A stretch of DNA of 64,000 nucleotides. Source: an uncultured archaeon (lineage in GTDB: Archaea > Asgardarchaeota > Lokiarchaeia > Sigyniarchaeales > SOKP01). Position numbers and translations under genes: made by a program. Positions 9,364-20,563 of the stretch are shown here, in pieces. Numbering within the stretch: position 1 is the first letter of the stretch; every line of letters begins with the position of its first letter. The stretch lies in contig CAZALK010000015.1 of assembly GCA_964486045.1 (NCBI GenBank), positions 64,001-128,000 of the forward strand, read 5' to 3'. The notes below the pieces were generated by a model. The model ran no database searches. It had not been told where the DNA came from and saw nothing but the letters and a program-made list of their open reading frames with translations.

Positions 9364-10311
9364 GTGCCTTTCAATGGATTATCGATGCCGAATAAACTCA
9401 AAAGTATTTTAAACCTTCTGCGTATCCGGCAATACTATAAAAACTTACTGATATTTGTTGGAATTTTTTTTAGTGAAAGGCTTTTTGAAACAGATCTTTA
9501 TAATACTCTAATAATAGGCTTTCTTCTATTATGCTTCACCTCATCTTTTAACTATATTATTAATGATATAATAGATATCGAAAGAGACAAAAATCATCCA
9601 GAAAAAATCAAAAAGAAACCTCTGGCATCAGGTGACATCTCTATATATTTCGCGATATTAATATTGGTCATATTGGGAGGAACCACTATTTTGTTTCTGA
9701 TTTTTTTAATCCCAAATTTGGGTTTTGCTTTAATGATAGTCATGATAATTGTTACAGGTCAACTTTATACCCATCTTTTTAAGAAATTTGCTTTTATCGA
9801 CATTTTAATTTTATCGACGGGATATTTATGGAGAACTTTAGCAGGATGCGCAATTATTGAAGAATATGTTTCTGCTTGGTTATTTTTAGCCATTTTTGAA
9901 GTAGCTATGTTTTTGAGTATTGCAAAAAGAAAAGGTGATTTGAGTTTTCTTGGAAAAGAAAAAGCTTTTGAGCATAAGAAAGTATACGATCAATATTCTC
10001 TTAAATTACTAGATCAATTTTATGTAATAATCGCGGGGTCATTGTTTATGACCTATTCTTTATATCTTCTTATTAATTTTAATTTGACAGGGACTCAAAA
10101 TCCTAATTTTTATGAATACCTAGCGATTTTTACAATACCACTTTCACTATATATAATTATGCGCTTTATGTATTTAACTTCTGCGAAACCAGAAATCGCA
10201 AGAAGCACTGAGAGAGCCTTTTTAGATAAAGGAATAATTATTACCAGCATAATTCTTATTACGATTTTATTTTTCTCATTCTATTTTGATACTTTATTTT
10301 TGACCTTATAA
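9364..10311 (+). CDS. UbiA-family prenyltransferase (decaprenyl-phosphate phosphoribosyltransferase-like)
   Basis: LRIRQYYKN, NYIINDIIDIERDKNHPEK, PLASG, KRKGD motifs. Confidence 0.85.
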   Translation: MPFNGLSMPNKLKSILNLLRIRQYYKNLLIFVGIFFSERLFETDLYNTLIIGFLLLCFTSSFNYIINDIIDIERDKNHPEKIKKKPLASGDISIYFAILILVILGGTTILFLIFLIPNLGFALMIVMIIVTGQLYTHLFKKFAFIDILILSTGYLWRTLAGCAIIEEYVSAWLFLAIFEVAMFLSIAKRKGDLSFLGKEKAFEHKKVYDQYSLKLLDQFYVIIAGSLFMTYSLYLLINFNLTGTQNPNFYEYLAIFTIPLSLYIIMRFMYLTSAKPEIARSTERAFLDKGIIITSIILITILFFSFYFDTLFLTL

Positions 10312-10649
10312 TAGGTATTCTAAATTAACAAATAATGGAATCCCTGTCCTAATGTAAATAACAAAATCGAAGCTTAGATTTCAATCAATTCTTTAAATTT
10401 AGATATGATTTGATCTCACTCGATGGTTTAATACTTTTATTGTACAAGCTTAATGGGATACAGACATTTATTATTCATGTTTTGCCTTTTCAAGAAGTTT
10501 AAGAATCAGTTAACTAAATCAAATTATATATTTCATTATTAATTCACTATTCTCCCATAAGATTTGAGTTTATCATTCTTTTCAGGTCGTTAAAAAACGT
10601 GCCTAATGCTCTAAGCAACAAAATTTAGTGATTCTTAATTTCTCTGGTA

Positions 10650-11222
10650 TCAATGGGGACCTTTAAGGCTAATGATTAAAATTGAAGAGAAAATATTAAT
10701 AGTTCCCACTATGATAAATAGTAATCTCCAAAATCTAACACCTATTAGCATGAAGATAAAACCGAAGCTAATTAACAATATAACTATAGTTAAAAGTAAG
10801 AATATTAAATAAGGACCATTACTCCGATCCGATGGCAAAGCTCTAATAATTATCATTATGAAAATAGGCAATATAAATCCGATTCCTACACCCGTGATGA
10901 GAAAATTCAAAAAATAAATTTGCCAATTCCATGAAAAGCTTGTATAAATAAGGCTAAAACCGGTGAGTACTACGCATATAATGAGAGTCGACTTATGAGC
11001 TATTTTATCAATAAACTTTATTGTTATCAAAAGGATAATGGTAAATACAATAAAGGTTATAGCTAATAAATCTGAAAAACTTAGAGAAGTGATAAACCAT
11101 GATCCGACATAATCAACTATTGTGGGATTAATAAAGGATAGGAAATTAAAAACAATCCCAACAAAAATGCTAGATAAGATAAGAACTGGTATTATAAACT
11201 TCACAATTAATTGTCTGTTCAT
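10650..11222 (-). CDS. Six-TM membrane protein, half-MFS-like
   Basis: About 6 hydrophobic helices; KFIDKIAHK resembles MFS motif A. Confidence 0.5.
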   Translation of the reverse strand: MNRQLIVKFIIPVLILSSIFVGIVFNFLSFINPTIVDYVGSWFITSLSFSDLLAITFIVFTIILLITIKFIDKIAHKSTLIICVVLTGFSLIYTSFSWNWQIYFLNFLITGVGIGFILPIFIMIIIRALPSDRSNGPYLIFLLLTIVILLISFGFIFMLIGVRFWRLLFIIVGTINIFSSILIISLKGPH

Positions 11223-11550
11223 ATTATCTTCTTAATTTAAACTCAATAAAAAAAGTTTGTTTTTTACATAAAAAATACAGTATAATTCTAAACCATCTCT
11301 TTTTCATCTTTTGGGTAGAGGAAACTTTGTTTAGAAGAAAATTACGTGAGATTTTGTTGAAATTAATACTTAAGATTTTCTTATGCTAAATGTGAAGAAA
11401 AAATTCAAAGCAACTTCCTGTTTTATTAAATACTTCTGTTACATAATTTTAGATTTAAAAAATTAAGACTCTTGATTGTCATTAATTAATAGTAGGACTT
11501 AAGTGTTATCTTAGAAGAAAATTTATATAAAACAATTCAAAATATTTATT

Positions 11551-14442
11551 ATGTTAAATAAAACAAAATTAAATATTGCAGTAATTTTATTAGCTACTGG
11601 CATAGGTTTAGCACCAACTGGTTTTTTCATGAACGGATATTTTAGAGATCAAGTTCGTGCTAATGTTCCTGAAACACTTTTAATCATTAATAATGCTGCA
11701 ATTCCTGTAATAGAGGCAAATTTTTCTGGATTAGGTATACCAGAGGTTTTAGAAGCGCTTCGAGAACAGGAAACTCAAGATATTGAGGACGAAATAGTTA
11801 AAGTGCGTTCTATTCCTAATATTCTCTCATTTCTCAAAAATTTATCAATGCCGATTTTCCTAGAAAGAGTTAACACTTCGATGACTAGCACTATAATAAG
11901 TGATAGCCTTGATTCTGTAGCCGCCGTTGTCCAAGAAAGGATTGAAGGCTCAAGGTCAGCTCAGATTATTAACCAAACTTTGGAACAAGTAATAAATTCT
12001 AATTCGACTACTCTAATAAATGCTATGGAAGTGTTTTTTAATAATTACACTTTTCAAGAGAATTACACAACTTCAATAGAAGGTGTCTCAGAATTTGTTA
12101 CAAGAGGTTTAAATAAACTCAATTATACTGCTACTGCCCAACAAAGTTTATTATTTGGAAATGCATCTTCTCCTGGATTAACCCAAGATCTTGTAAACGG
12201 TACTGGGGTTCAGGATTTTTTAGAATTTTACGATAATGCTACTCAAGATCCCGCAACATACAATCTTACTATGCAGATATCATATAATTCTACTTGGGGG
12301 CAACTTACATCTGTAGCAGAATATGTTACTGATTATTTGATCGCTTCTGTAGTTTCTGGTGAATATGTTACAAACTTTAGCATAACTCCATCCAAGTATG
12401 CACTCTTAAACATAACGGAACAATTCTTCAATGATGATAACTGGTCAATTACTACACAAGGAATAACTACTATTAGTGGTATTTCTGAGTTTGGAACAAG
12501 CGGCTCATATAACCTTAGTTATACTAATACCACTCAACAAAGATTATTATATGGTGAGGATAATGGGGAAATTTATCCGGGAATTCTAGAAGATCTTGCA
12601 TTAGGTACCGGAATTTCTTATTTTCTCGATCTCTATAACGAGACTTCTGGGGATTCTTCAATGCAATTACAATATAATGCTACTTTTTACCAATTAAAAA
12701 ACTTAACTTCTTATTTAACTCAATACATGTTTGATTTGATTATACCTGCTCAATTGGCTTTAAAAGGCTTAACTTTAGATTCTGCAGCAGAGAATGATTT
12801 CCATATGCAATGGGCTAATGGTACAATTTTCACAAGTGGAATATTCCTGAGAGATTTAAGTGAGGAGCTTGGATCCATGCTAAAAGCCTCCAGTGCAGTA
12901 AGACTTATTCAAAACACAATAAACCAAGTTGTAACTCAAAATTCTACAACTCTACTAAATGCTACGGATAATTTTTTTAACAATTATGAGTTTCGAACTA
13001 ATTATTCGGTCGAAATAGAGGGCGTATCAGAGATGACGACTTTTGGAATTAGTAGTCGGGACTATTCTATTACTGCTCAAGAAAGAATTTTATATGGGTA
13101 TGGAGACGCACCGGGATTGTTAACAGACACTGTATCGGGGTTAGGTTTTATAAAATGGCTAGATTTTTATCAAGCAGCAACATTAAATATTGGAAGTAAT
13201 AGAACCTTGATGGAATCTACTTATAATGCAACCTGGCTCGATCAACTCTATTATATGGGAATATATCTCCAATATCACATTTTGGAGCAACCGATCGTCT
13301 TATCAGGGCAAAAAGGTTTAGAAGTAGGAATTCCTAGCCCCTCATATATTTCTTTGGATGACTCCAAAAGTCTTTGGGACCCAGTAAACTTGTCTGGGTT
13401 TGCTAATGATGTTGGAATTCTAAAATGGTATGATGCTGTAAATGGAAATTTAACTGCTCAAAGTGAAATTAATGCAACCCATAATTTAAGTGATGCTAAA
13501 TTCGGGAAAATTTATAATTGGTTATTTTCAACCATCAAAGATGTTGTTTTGCCAATAATTTTTATTCTCCAGGCTCCTACAGGAACAAGAATTACAACTA
13601 CTCAATATGCCGAAATCCTCTTTTTGGAACAATGGGCAAATGCCACTGTTGTACCAGAAGGTCTTGATCTTGGAGCTGGACTCAAGGGATTTGAGGTAGG
13701 CATTCCGGTAACATCTAACATTTCCCTTTCAATAACTACTTCTTTCTTTGAAACAGGAAATTCTTCATCATTCATCAATAAGAATGGACTTTTAAAATGG
13801 ATTGACGCTGAAAGTGGAGATATTGCCTCTCGGACAGATTTAATCACCACATTTAATTTAGATCCAAATCAATTAGATTTAATCCTTAATTGGTTATTTA
13901 CGACATTTAAAGTAAATGTTGTTCCTAATATTGTTCTTAATATAACAGGATACACTATGACAGAACTAGCAGGATTTGAATTCTTTCGCCAATGGGCTAA
14001 TGGTTCACTCTTTACTAACGGAATTGACCCAGGGCCAGCCTTTGGCCTTGATTCTCTCAGTGGTTGGGAAATTGGTCTTCCAATTGCGAGTAAAATAGAT
14101 TTAGACACCGCTATGCAATTATGGTCTGAGGAAAATCCTGAGTCATTCGTAACACCAATTGGAAATACTAAATGGTTTATCGCAGTGGAAGCACCTAACA
14201 CATATAATAATTTGAAATTGCTTTTTCAATTGAGCGATGATCAAATGCATACAATTTTCGGGTGGTTAGCAAAGATAAGAGATGAATTTGCATTATATTT
14301 TTCGCAAGTAGAAGGAGGTTTACTAATTAACGCTTATGAGCTTGGAAATATACTACTGATGGGATGTGCAATTAGTGGGTTTGGTCTTGCTGCCATGGGT
14401 GTTCTTACTTTAGTAGTGACGAAATTGTCTAAACGTCGATAA
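11551..14442 (+). CDS. Large membrane-anchored repeat glycoprotein of unknown function
   Basis: Hydrophobic segments at both termini; two classes of internal repeats; about 35 NxS/T sequons. Confidence 0.75.
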   Translation: MLNKTKLNIAVILLATGIGLAPTGFFMNGYFRDQVRANVPETLLIINNAAIPVIEANFSGLGIPEVLEALREQETQDIEDEIVKVRSIPNILSFLKNLSMPIFLERVNTSMTSTIISDSLDSVAAVVQERIEGSRSAQIINQTLEQVINSNSTTLINAMEVFFNNYTFQENYTTSIEGVSEFVTRGLNKLNYTATAQQSLLFGNASSPGLTQDLVNGTGVQDFLEFYDNATQDPATYNLTMQISYNSTWGQLTSVAEYVTDYLIASVVSGEYVTNFSITPSKYALLNITEQFFNDDNWSITTQGITTISGISEFGTSGSYNLSYTNTTQQRLLYGEDNGEIYPGILEDLALGTGISYFLDLYNETSGDSSMQLQYNATFYQLKNLTSYLTQYMFDLIIPAQLALKGLTLDSAAENDFHMQWANGTIFTSGIFLRDLSEELGSMLKASSAVRLIQNTINQVVTQNSTTLLNATDNFFNNYEFRTNYSVEIEGVSEMTTFGISSRDYSITAQERILYGYGDAPGLLTDTVSGLGFIKWLDFYQAATLNIGSNRTLMESTYNATWLDQLYYMGIYLQYHILEQPIVLSGQKGLEVGIPSPSYISLDDSKSLWDPVNLSGFANDVGILKWYDAVNGNLTAQSEINATHNLSDAKFGKIYNWLFSTIKDVVLPIIFILQAPTGTRITTTQYAEILFLEQWANATVVPEGLDLGAGLKGFEVGIPVTSNISLSITTSFFETGNSSSFINKNGLLKWIDAESGDIASRTDLITTFNLDPNQLDLILNWLFTTFKVNVVPNIVLNITGYTMTELAGFEFFRQWANGSLFTNGIDPGPAFGLDSLSGWEIGLPIASKIDLDTAMQLWSEENPESFVTPIGNTKWFIAVEAPNTYNNLKLLFQLSDDQMHTIFGWLAKIRDEFALYFSQVEGGLLINAYELGNILLMGCAISGFGLAAMGVLTLVVTKLSKRR

Positions 14443-15272
14443 CTTTAAGTTATTAGATACTTCATTTTTTTTAAATTTTATTTCAAGAATTTATTTTCCC
14501 AAATAAATAAAATCTTACAAAAATTCCTCTTAAAAAATTTTAAAATTGCCATTGACACTGTTTTGGGCAATCTAATCTAAATTTTTTTAAAAATTTTCAA
14601 TAGAATATTAGGTTAATTTACGTATAGTTGAATTCTTGTCAAATAAAGAATTACTAATTAAAAAAGAACATTAATAAATTCAAATTGATTAACGTGAGTG
14701 ACTCATTAAGGCTACGATTCCATGAATTGTATAATTTAAAACAAAAATTAAATATTAAATATCCCATTTAGATAAAGTAAGTGATTTATTAACTTTCTGT
14801 AAACCCTCAAGAGTTTAAAAATGTCTTTCTTCATTACTATGAATGAAGAATTTAAAAATCAAGAATTCTATATTCGGAAGCGCGCCTTGAGCAAGGAGTA
14901 CAATCTTTCTGAGACACGGGAGCCGGATGACCATTAATGTAAATAACTTGGATAAAAATTTCTATTGATTCGATCTGTTCCAGAAATTTCTCATTAGAGT
15001 ATTACGAAGCTTATCTTTACCAAAAAGCATTTTTCTGGTTGAAAATGCACTTACTACTCAACGTATTAAGAAAATGACGTGCCTTTTGGAACCGCTTATA
15101 TCTCCAAAAATAGTAATTAATACCCACTTAAATCCCCCATTAAAAGATAGTTATTACTTTTCCTAATATTTTCAAATGTTATTTTTAAAAAGATAAAACT
15201 TATAAGCTTTTGAAACAAAAAAACTATTTAACCACAAATCTAAAAAAAAACAATTAAACCTAAAAAAATAAA

Positions 15273-16994
15273 GTGATTAAATTTATGGAAAGAAAAACTT
15301 TAGCGATAGGAATCGTAGTTATCATAGCAATTGCAGCTGGTACCACTGGTGCCGTAATATTTTTTGTACAACCACCAGCAGGAGCAGGTGGAAAGACACT
15401 TGTTGCCGCAACAATGTATGGTCCTGTTGATCTTGATCCAATAGTAGCTTGGGATAGTGCATCAATTGATGTAATTGATCAAGTGGTTGAGGGTTTATAT
15501 AGATATGATTTAGGTGACCCTTCCCTTGCTCAAATTCCGGCCCTCGCTACTGACGACGGCTCATGGAACGGCCCGGCTACCGAATTTACAGTTACCCTTA
15601 GACAAAATGTTAAATTCCATGATGGAGCTGATTTTAATGCGGATGCGGTAATAGCTCACTGGGATAGAATGGCTTGGGCTTTAAACACTACTGGTACTAA
15701 CACAGTTATTATAACTCAAACAGCAGAATTATATGAATTTCCAGATGGTACTCCCATTGTATCTAGTATTACAAAAAACAGTGATTACAGCGTAACCTTT
15801 GTTTTAAGTGGTCCATTTATTCCATTCAAAGCTCTTTTGTCATTCAGCGCTTCTTATATTCAATCACCATTACATTACGCCAGCCTTACGAATCAATACA
15901 TTGATACGGCTACTGGAGATATAATCGGCACTGGCCCATTCACCTATGATGGATATGAAGTTGGTGTAGAAGTTATCTTTACTGCTTTTGATGGTTATTG
16001 GGACGGACGAGCTGCTCTTGATATAATAGTTCTCTCAGAAATTGTCGATGCAAATGCCAGAAACTTAGCTCTATTATCCGGTGACATTGATCTTTTATTG
16101 GATCCTATGGATGAGTTACTCGATATGATAAACAGTACAGCAGGTCTACATGTAGAACAAGGTCCACAAGGTACGGTTGTTCAATATCTAGGGATGAATA
16201 ACAATTTGATAAACGTAACCTTTAGAGAAGCAATTTCTTATGCATTGGATTATGATTACATTCTTAACGAACTTCGACAAGGCAATGCTTTGAGAATGAA
16301 ATCTCCTGTTCCAGAAGGTATTATGTATGCTGACACCACATTTAATGCACCAATCTTAAACATTACTCATGCGAGAATGAAAATGCAAGACATGGGTTTT
16401 GGAACAGCTTTAGATGCAACCTCTCCAGGTCCAGATGACTGGCTATGGCGAAATTCTAATTTTGCTTCATTCAGCTATACTTACAACATCGGTAATAACT
16501 TCCGGGAGCAAATGTTAGTCTTATTACAAGACAATCTCGGAGACATTGGTGTTACAGTAACAGATGATGGTATGACATGGGGAGATTTCATTTACAGGCT
16601 TTACGAAATAGGAAATCTTACTAGGAATATGTTAGAACTGTACTTCATCGGATGGGGTCCAGATTATAACGATCCGAGCAACTTCATTAATCCCTTGTTT
16701 ACCAATAGATCTGTTGCTTCTAATGGAGCACAATACAATGGATGGCTTTCCTCAGGTAATTCAAGCGTTCTAAATGATAATGTCCAACTCTTAATGGAAG
16801 CGGCTCTAGCAGAGACCAATCCTGTTACAAGAGAAGCTCATTATAACAGGATTCAAGAACTACTGGTTGAAAGAGATTTTCCATGGGCTTGGTGCTATGT
16901 TGGTATGAGTTTCCGCGCGTATGTTGACAACATGATTGGATACGATCTTAACCCAATGGGTAGAGAGTGGTGGTATCCTATCGACTTTACCTAA
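15273..16994 (+). CDS. dppA: Peptide/nickel ABC transporter substrate-binding protein (family 5)
   Basis: LDP..AWD, LRQNVKFHDGADFNADAV, IGTGPF, WGPDYNDP; N-terminal membrane anchor; ATG at 15285 likely. Confidence 0.9.
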   Translation: MIKFMERKTLAIGIVVIIAIAAGTTGAVIFFVQPPAGAGGKTLVAATMYGPVDLDPIVAWDSASIDVIDQVVEGLYRYDLGDPSLAQIPALATDDGSWNGPATEFTVTLRQNVKFHDGADFNADAVIAHWDRMAWALNTTGTNTVIITQTAELYEFPDGTPIVSSITKNSDYSVTFVLSGPFIPFKALLSFSASYIQSPLHYASLTNQYIDTATGDIIGTGPFTYDGYEVGVEVIFTAFDGYWDGRAALDIIVLSEIVDANARNLALLSGDIDLLLDPMDELLDMINSTAGLHVEQGPQGTVVQYLGMNNNLINVTFREAISYALDYDYILNELRQGNALRMKSPVPEGIMYADTTFNAPILNITHARMKMQDMGFGTALDATSPGPDDWLWRNSNFASFSYTYNIGNNFREQMLVLLQDNLGDIGVTVTDDGMTWGDFIYRLYEIGNLTRNMLELYFIGWGPDYNDPSNFINPLFTNRSVASNGAQYNGWLSSGNSSVLNDNVQLLMEAALAETNPVTREAHYNRIQELLVERDFPWAWCYVGMSFRAYVDNMIGYDLNPMGREWWYPIDFT

Positions 16995-17055
16995 ATGGAT
17001 TCGTATATAATAAGATAACAAATTAATCTACAAAATTTTTTTTTTTTAAATTTTT

Positions 17056-17928
17056 TTGGTATTTCAAATGAGCCCAAAATATTCTTTTTTTAATTCCCCC
17101 GTTAAATTAAAATCATTCAAAAGAGACCTTGCGCCTATAGGTTTTTATTTTGATATATTTGCATCAGAAATATTTAAAATTCCCGTGATGCCAGTTCCAA
17201 TGAGAATTGATAAATTAACAAACGGGGATTTGACATTATTTATATTCCCTGATCTTGAAAATTTGAATAAACTGTTAAAAAAGCTTGATTTGACCGTTAA
17301 TGTTAAAAAATTTTTCATACTTGGAATCACTAATTTTATAAATTTCGCAAAAGGAAAATATAAGGAAATTATACACCGAAATTTAAAACATGAAATGATA
17401 ATAAAATGGTTTGAAATTTCACGCCTAATAAAAACAGAAATCCCTAGCATTATAGAAGCCTTTACTTACCTGCTTCTTGAATTTTTGAAAACTTTTTCTA
17501 ACATTGAAGAAAAAAGATTAAAACCACACCTTGAGGGATATACTACAGAACTGTTAACATATTGTGATAAAATTATTACTTATATGAAAGAAAAAATAGA
17601 AAATAATTTAATCCTAATTAAAGAGGAAGGGTCAATAAAAACAGTACAGTTATATTTAGAAAAAAAAGAGAAATATTATCCACAAATAATTTCCATTAAA
17701 ATCGATAAGAAAACAAAAATGAACTTTATTCCCTATTTAATCTATGACGATATTCTTGATATTTTTTCTTATAATAAACAAATTTTACATGAGGGTAAAC
17801 AAACCCCCGTTGATATGACGATTTGGAAATGCAAGGGAATAATTAATAAGAGATCGAATCTAAATTATAGTAACGATTTTATAAGAGATTTTGACTTGGA
17901 AAAGATTGATATAGAGAAAGTTTTATGA
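17056..17928 (+). CDS. Hypothetical soluble protein within the ABC operon
   Basis: 290-aa ORF; stop overlaps next start (ATGA). Confidence 0.7.
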   Translation: MVFQMSPKYSFFNSPVKLKSFKRDLAPIGFYFDIFASEIFKIPVMPVPMRIDKLTNGDLTLFIFPDLENLNKLLKKLDLTVNVKKFFILGITNFINFAKGKYKEIIHRNLKHEMIIKWFEISRLIKTEIPSIIEAFTYLLLEFLKTFSNIEEKRLKPHLEGYTTELLTYCDKIITYMKEKIENNLILIKEEGSIKTVQLYLEKKEKYYPQIISIKIDKKTKMNFIPYLIYDDILDIFSYNKQILHEGKQTPVDMTIWKCKGIINKRSNLNYSNDFIRDFDLEKIDIEKVL

Positions 17929-18377
17929 AACTCAAAATCGAATTAAGTAGACAAGGAAATTTTATTCTGGCAATTTTATTGATTCATTTCGTGTTTTTCG
18001 GTTATATAAGCAATATTTTTCAAAAAAATATTGGGGAAAAAATATTATTTTTATATCAAATTTTATTTAATCCAAGTTCTTTTATTTCATTAATAATTCT
18101 TTTTGTAATTGTGTTTATAATGGTATATCGAGAAAAATTCTTTGAATATGGAATTAGAAATAGCATTTGGCTTACACCAATTACGATATTGCAATCTTGG
18201 ATATGGAATTGGATCATATTTGGTTTTGATATCGCTCCTATTGGTGCATTTTTTATTCGTTATGAAGGATATCTTACAATTTTATCCATATTATGTATAA
18301 ATTTGTTATCTGCTGTTTTAGCAACTGTAGCTAAAGAGCAATATGAAAAACGTATTAAGAGAATCAGAACCTTTTAA
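17925..18377 (+). CDS. Hypothetical four-TM membrane protein
   Basis: Hydrophobic helices; translationally coupled to the upstream ORF. Confidence 0.7.
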   Translation: MKLKIELSRQGNFILAILLIHFVFFGYISNIFQKNIGEKILFLYQILFNPSSFISLIILFVIVFIMVYREKFFEYGIRNSIWLTPITILQSWIWNWIIFGFDIAPIGAFFIRYEGYLTILSILCINLLSAVLATVAKEQYEKRIKRIRTF

Positions 18378-18401
18378 AAAAGATCAGGAGATCAAATATC
18401 A

Positions 18402-19418
18402 ATGAGTATGATTAAATATATAATCCGAAGGCTTTTAGTACTATTACCGGTATTATTTGGAGTAATTACATTGACATTTATATTATCTAGATTAATGCCA
18501 GGAGATCCGGTTTTAGCACATCTTCCTAGAAATTTTTCGGCAGAGGATTATACTAACGCACTCCGTGCACTCGGACTTCATCTCCCCATACTTCAACAAT
18601 ACGTAATTTTCCTTGGAGATTTGTTTACTGGTAATTGGGGTACTTCCGTTTCGGTTGCCCAAGGTGCTCCAATATGGGATCTCGTTTTAGAGCGATTTTT
18701 TAGAACTTTTGATATTGCGATATTCGCTATTGTTATTGCTGCATTTTTGGGAATTAAAACTGGAGTGATTTCAGCAACAAACAGAAATAAAGCTAAAGAT
18801 ACAGTATTAAGGGGATTTGCCCTTGTAGGAGTTGCCATTCCAGTATTCTGGATGGGAATGTTGCTCCAATACTTTTTAGCTTTTAGAATACCCATTTTTC
18901 CTGGGGTTGGATATAAAACAGCGGGTATTGGTGATCCTCCGAAAATTACTTATTTTAGGATAATTGATAGTATCTTAGCTGGAGATATGCGTTTACTCGT
19001 AGATTATATACAGCATCTAATTTTACCTGTAGCATGTTTATCCTTTATAACTCTTGCATCAATTACTAGACAAACTCGTTCGAGTATGTTGGAAATTTTA
19101 CAGCAGGATTATGTAAGAACTGCTAGAGCGAAAGGTTGTAAAGAAAAAGATGTGATAAAAACCCATGCCCGTAAAAATGCGTTAATTCCAACTATGACAA
19201 TTATAGGATTAAACTTTGGAGGTTTGTTAACGGGAGCTATTCTTACTGAGACGACTTTTAATTTGCATGGATTAGGTGAATTATTAATTGTGGCGATACG
19301 GAATACGGATTATTGGGTACTTAACGGAGTTGTATTTGTTACTACAATTACCTTTATCACTGTGAATTTAGGTGTTGATATTCTTTATGGATTTGTAGAT
19401 CCAAGAATAAGATTCTAA
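18402..19418 (+). CDS. dppB: Peptide ABC transporter permease
   Basis: YIIRRLL, MPGDP, TRSSMLEILQQDYVRTARAKG, DPRIRF. Confidence 0.95.
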   Translation: MSMIKYIIRRLLVLLPVLFGVITLTFILSRLMPGDPVLAHLPRNFSAEDYTNALRALGLHLPILQQYVIFLGDLFTGNWGTSVSVAQGAPIWDLVLERFFRTFDIAIFAIVIAAFLGIKTGVISATNRNKAKDTVLRGFALVGVAIPVFWMGMLLQYFLAFRIPIFPGVGYKTAGIGDPPKITYFRIIDSILAGDMRLLVDYIQHLILPVACLSFITLASITRQTRSSMLEILQQDYVRTARAKGCKEKDVIKTHARKNALIPTMTIIGLNFGGLLTGAILTETTFNLHGLGELLIVAIRNTDYWVLNGVVFVTTITFITVNLGVDILYGFVDPRIRF

Positions 19419-19450
19419 TTCAAACTTACAAAATTATAGGTGAAAAATTT

Positions 19451-20464
19451 ATGGGACAAAGATATGAACAAGAACTTACAGAAGAAGAGGAATTGGGGGA
19501 GGAGAAGAAAGAGAGCGTACTAAAAAATACAGTCTCTTGGATTTTCACCAATATTAAATTCCTCCTTATTCCAGGTTATCGATTAGAAGAATTATCAAAT
19601 CGGGAAAAAGACTACGAAAAATCTATAAGTAAAAGAAAATTCATTCGAAGATTAAAATCAGTCTTAACTATCTTGGGTATTGTAATTATTTTTGTAATTA
19701 TAACTTTTGCCGTTTTAGGACCCTGGCTTGCTCCATACACTTTTGAGGAAGCAAATGGAGTTTTCGATAATTGGTGGGCAGCTGCATCACCAGAACATGT
19801 ATTAGGAACAACTATGTTTGGACGTGATATTTTATCAAGATTAATTTATGGGGCCAGATCTTCATTAACCATTGCTTTACCGGCAATATCATTTAGTGTT
19901 ATTCTTGGTGTTATACTTGGTGTTATTTCCGGATATTACGGCGGATGGATTGATTCATTAATAATGAGAATTGCGGATGTCTTTTTTGCTTTCCCTGGAA
20001 TTATTCTGGCTCTAGTCTTTGTTGCAATTTGGGGACAAAGGATGGAGTACATAATGCTGGCTTATGGAATACTTGGCGTACCTTATTATTCACGTATAAT
20101 TCGAGGATCTGTCTTACAAGCTCGAGAATTACCCTACATTGAAGCGGCAAAAGCATCGGGGGCAGGAAATTGGAGGATTATGTTTAAACATATACTTCCA
20201 AATACTATTCAACCCATTATAATTTCATTTACATTCGATATCGGTGGCATCATTTTAAGCTTGGCAGGTCTTAGCTTTTTGGGGTATAGTGATTATAGGC
20301 TAATTGAATGGGGAAACGACATTAGTGCTGCTAGGCTTCATCTATATGATGCTCCATGGACAGCTCTTTGGCCCGGATTTATGATCTTAATAACTGTACT
20401 AGGTTTTATGTTAGTCGGTGATGGATTAAGAGATGCCCTAGATCCGAGATTAAGAAACTTGTAG
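19451..20464 (+). CDS. dppC: Peptide ABC transporter permease
   Basis: HVLGTTMFGRDILSRLIYGAR, EAAKASGA, GDGLRDALDPR. Confidence 0.95.
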   Translation: MGQRYEQELTEEEELGEEKKESVLKNTVSWIFTNIKFLLIPGYRLEELSNREKDYEKSISKRKFIRRLKSVLTILGIVIIFVIITFAVLGPWLAPYTFEEANGVFDNWWAAASPEHVLGTTMFGRDILSRLIYGARSSLTIALPAISFSVILGVILGVISGYYGGWIDSLIMRIADVFFAFPGIILALVFVAIWGQRMEYIMLAYGILGVPYYSRIIRGSVLQARELPYIEAAKASGAGNWRIMFKHILPNTIQPIIISFTFDIGGIILSLAGLSFLGYSDYRLIEWGNDISAARLHLYDAPWTALWPGFMILITVLGFMLVGDGLRDALDPRLRNL

Positions 20465-20563
20465 AACGTTATCAATATATTACCGAGTCAATAGTTATTA
20501 CTGGTTGAAAAAGAAAATAGTGAATCTGGTTAAAAAAGAAATAGATTTATTGAAAATAAGAAA

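Noticed and set aside
14443-15272. ncRNA or gene in the 830-bp gap before dppA (GC-richer patch near 14870-14930; palindrome TGAGTGACTCA at 14695-14705)
   Set aside because: Only short ORFs with no recognisable motif and no convincing RNA structure; may be a decayed gene but unsupported
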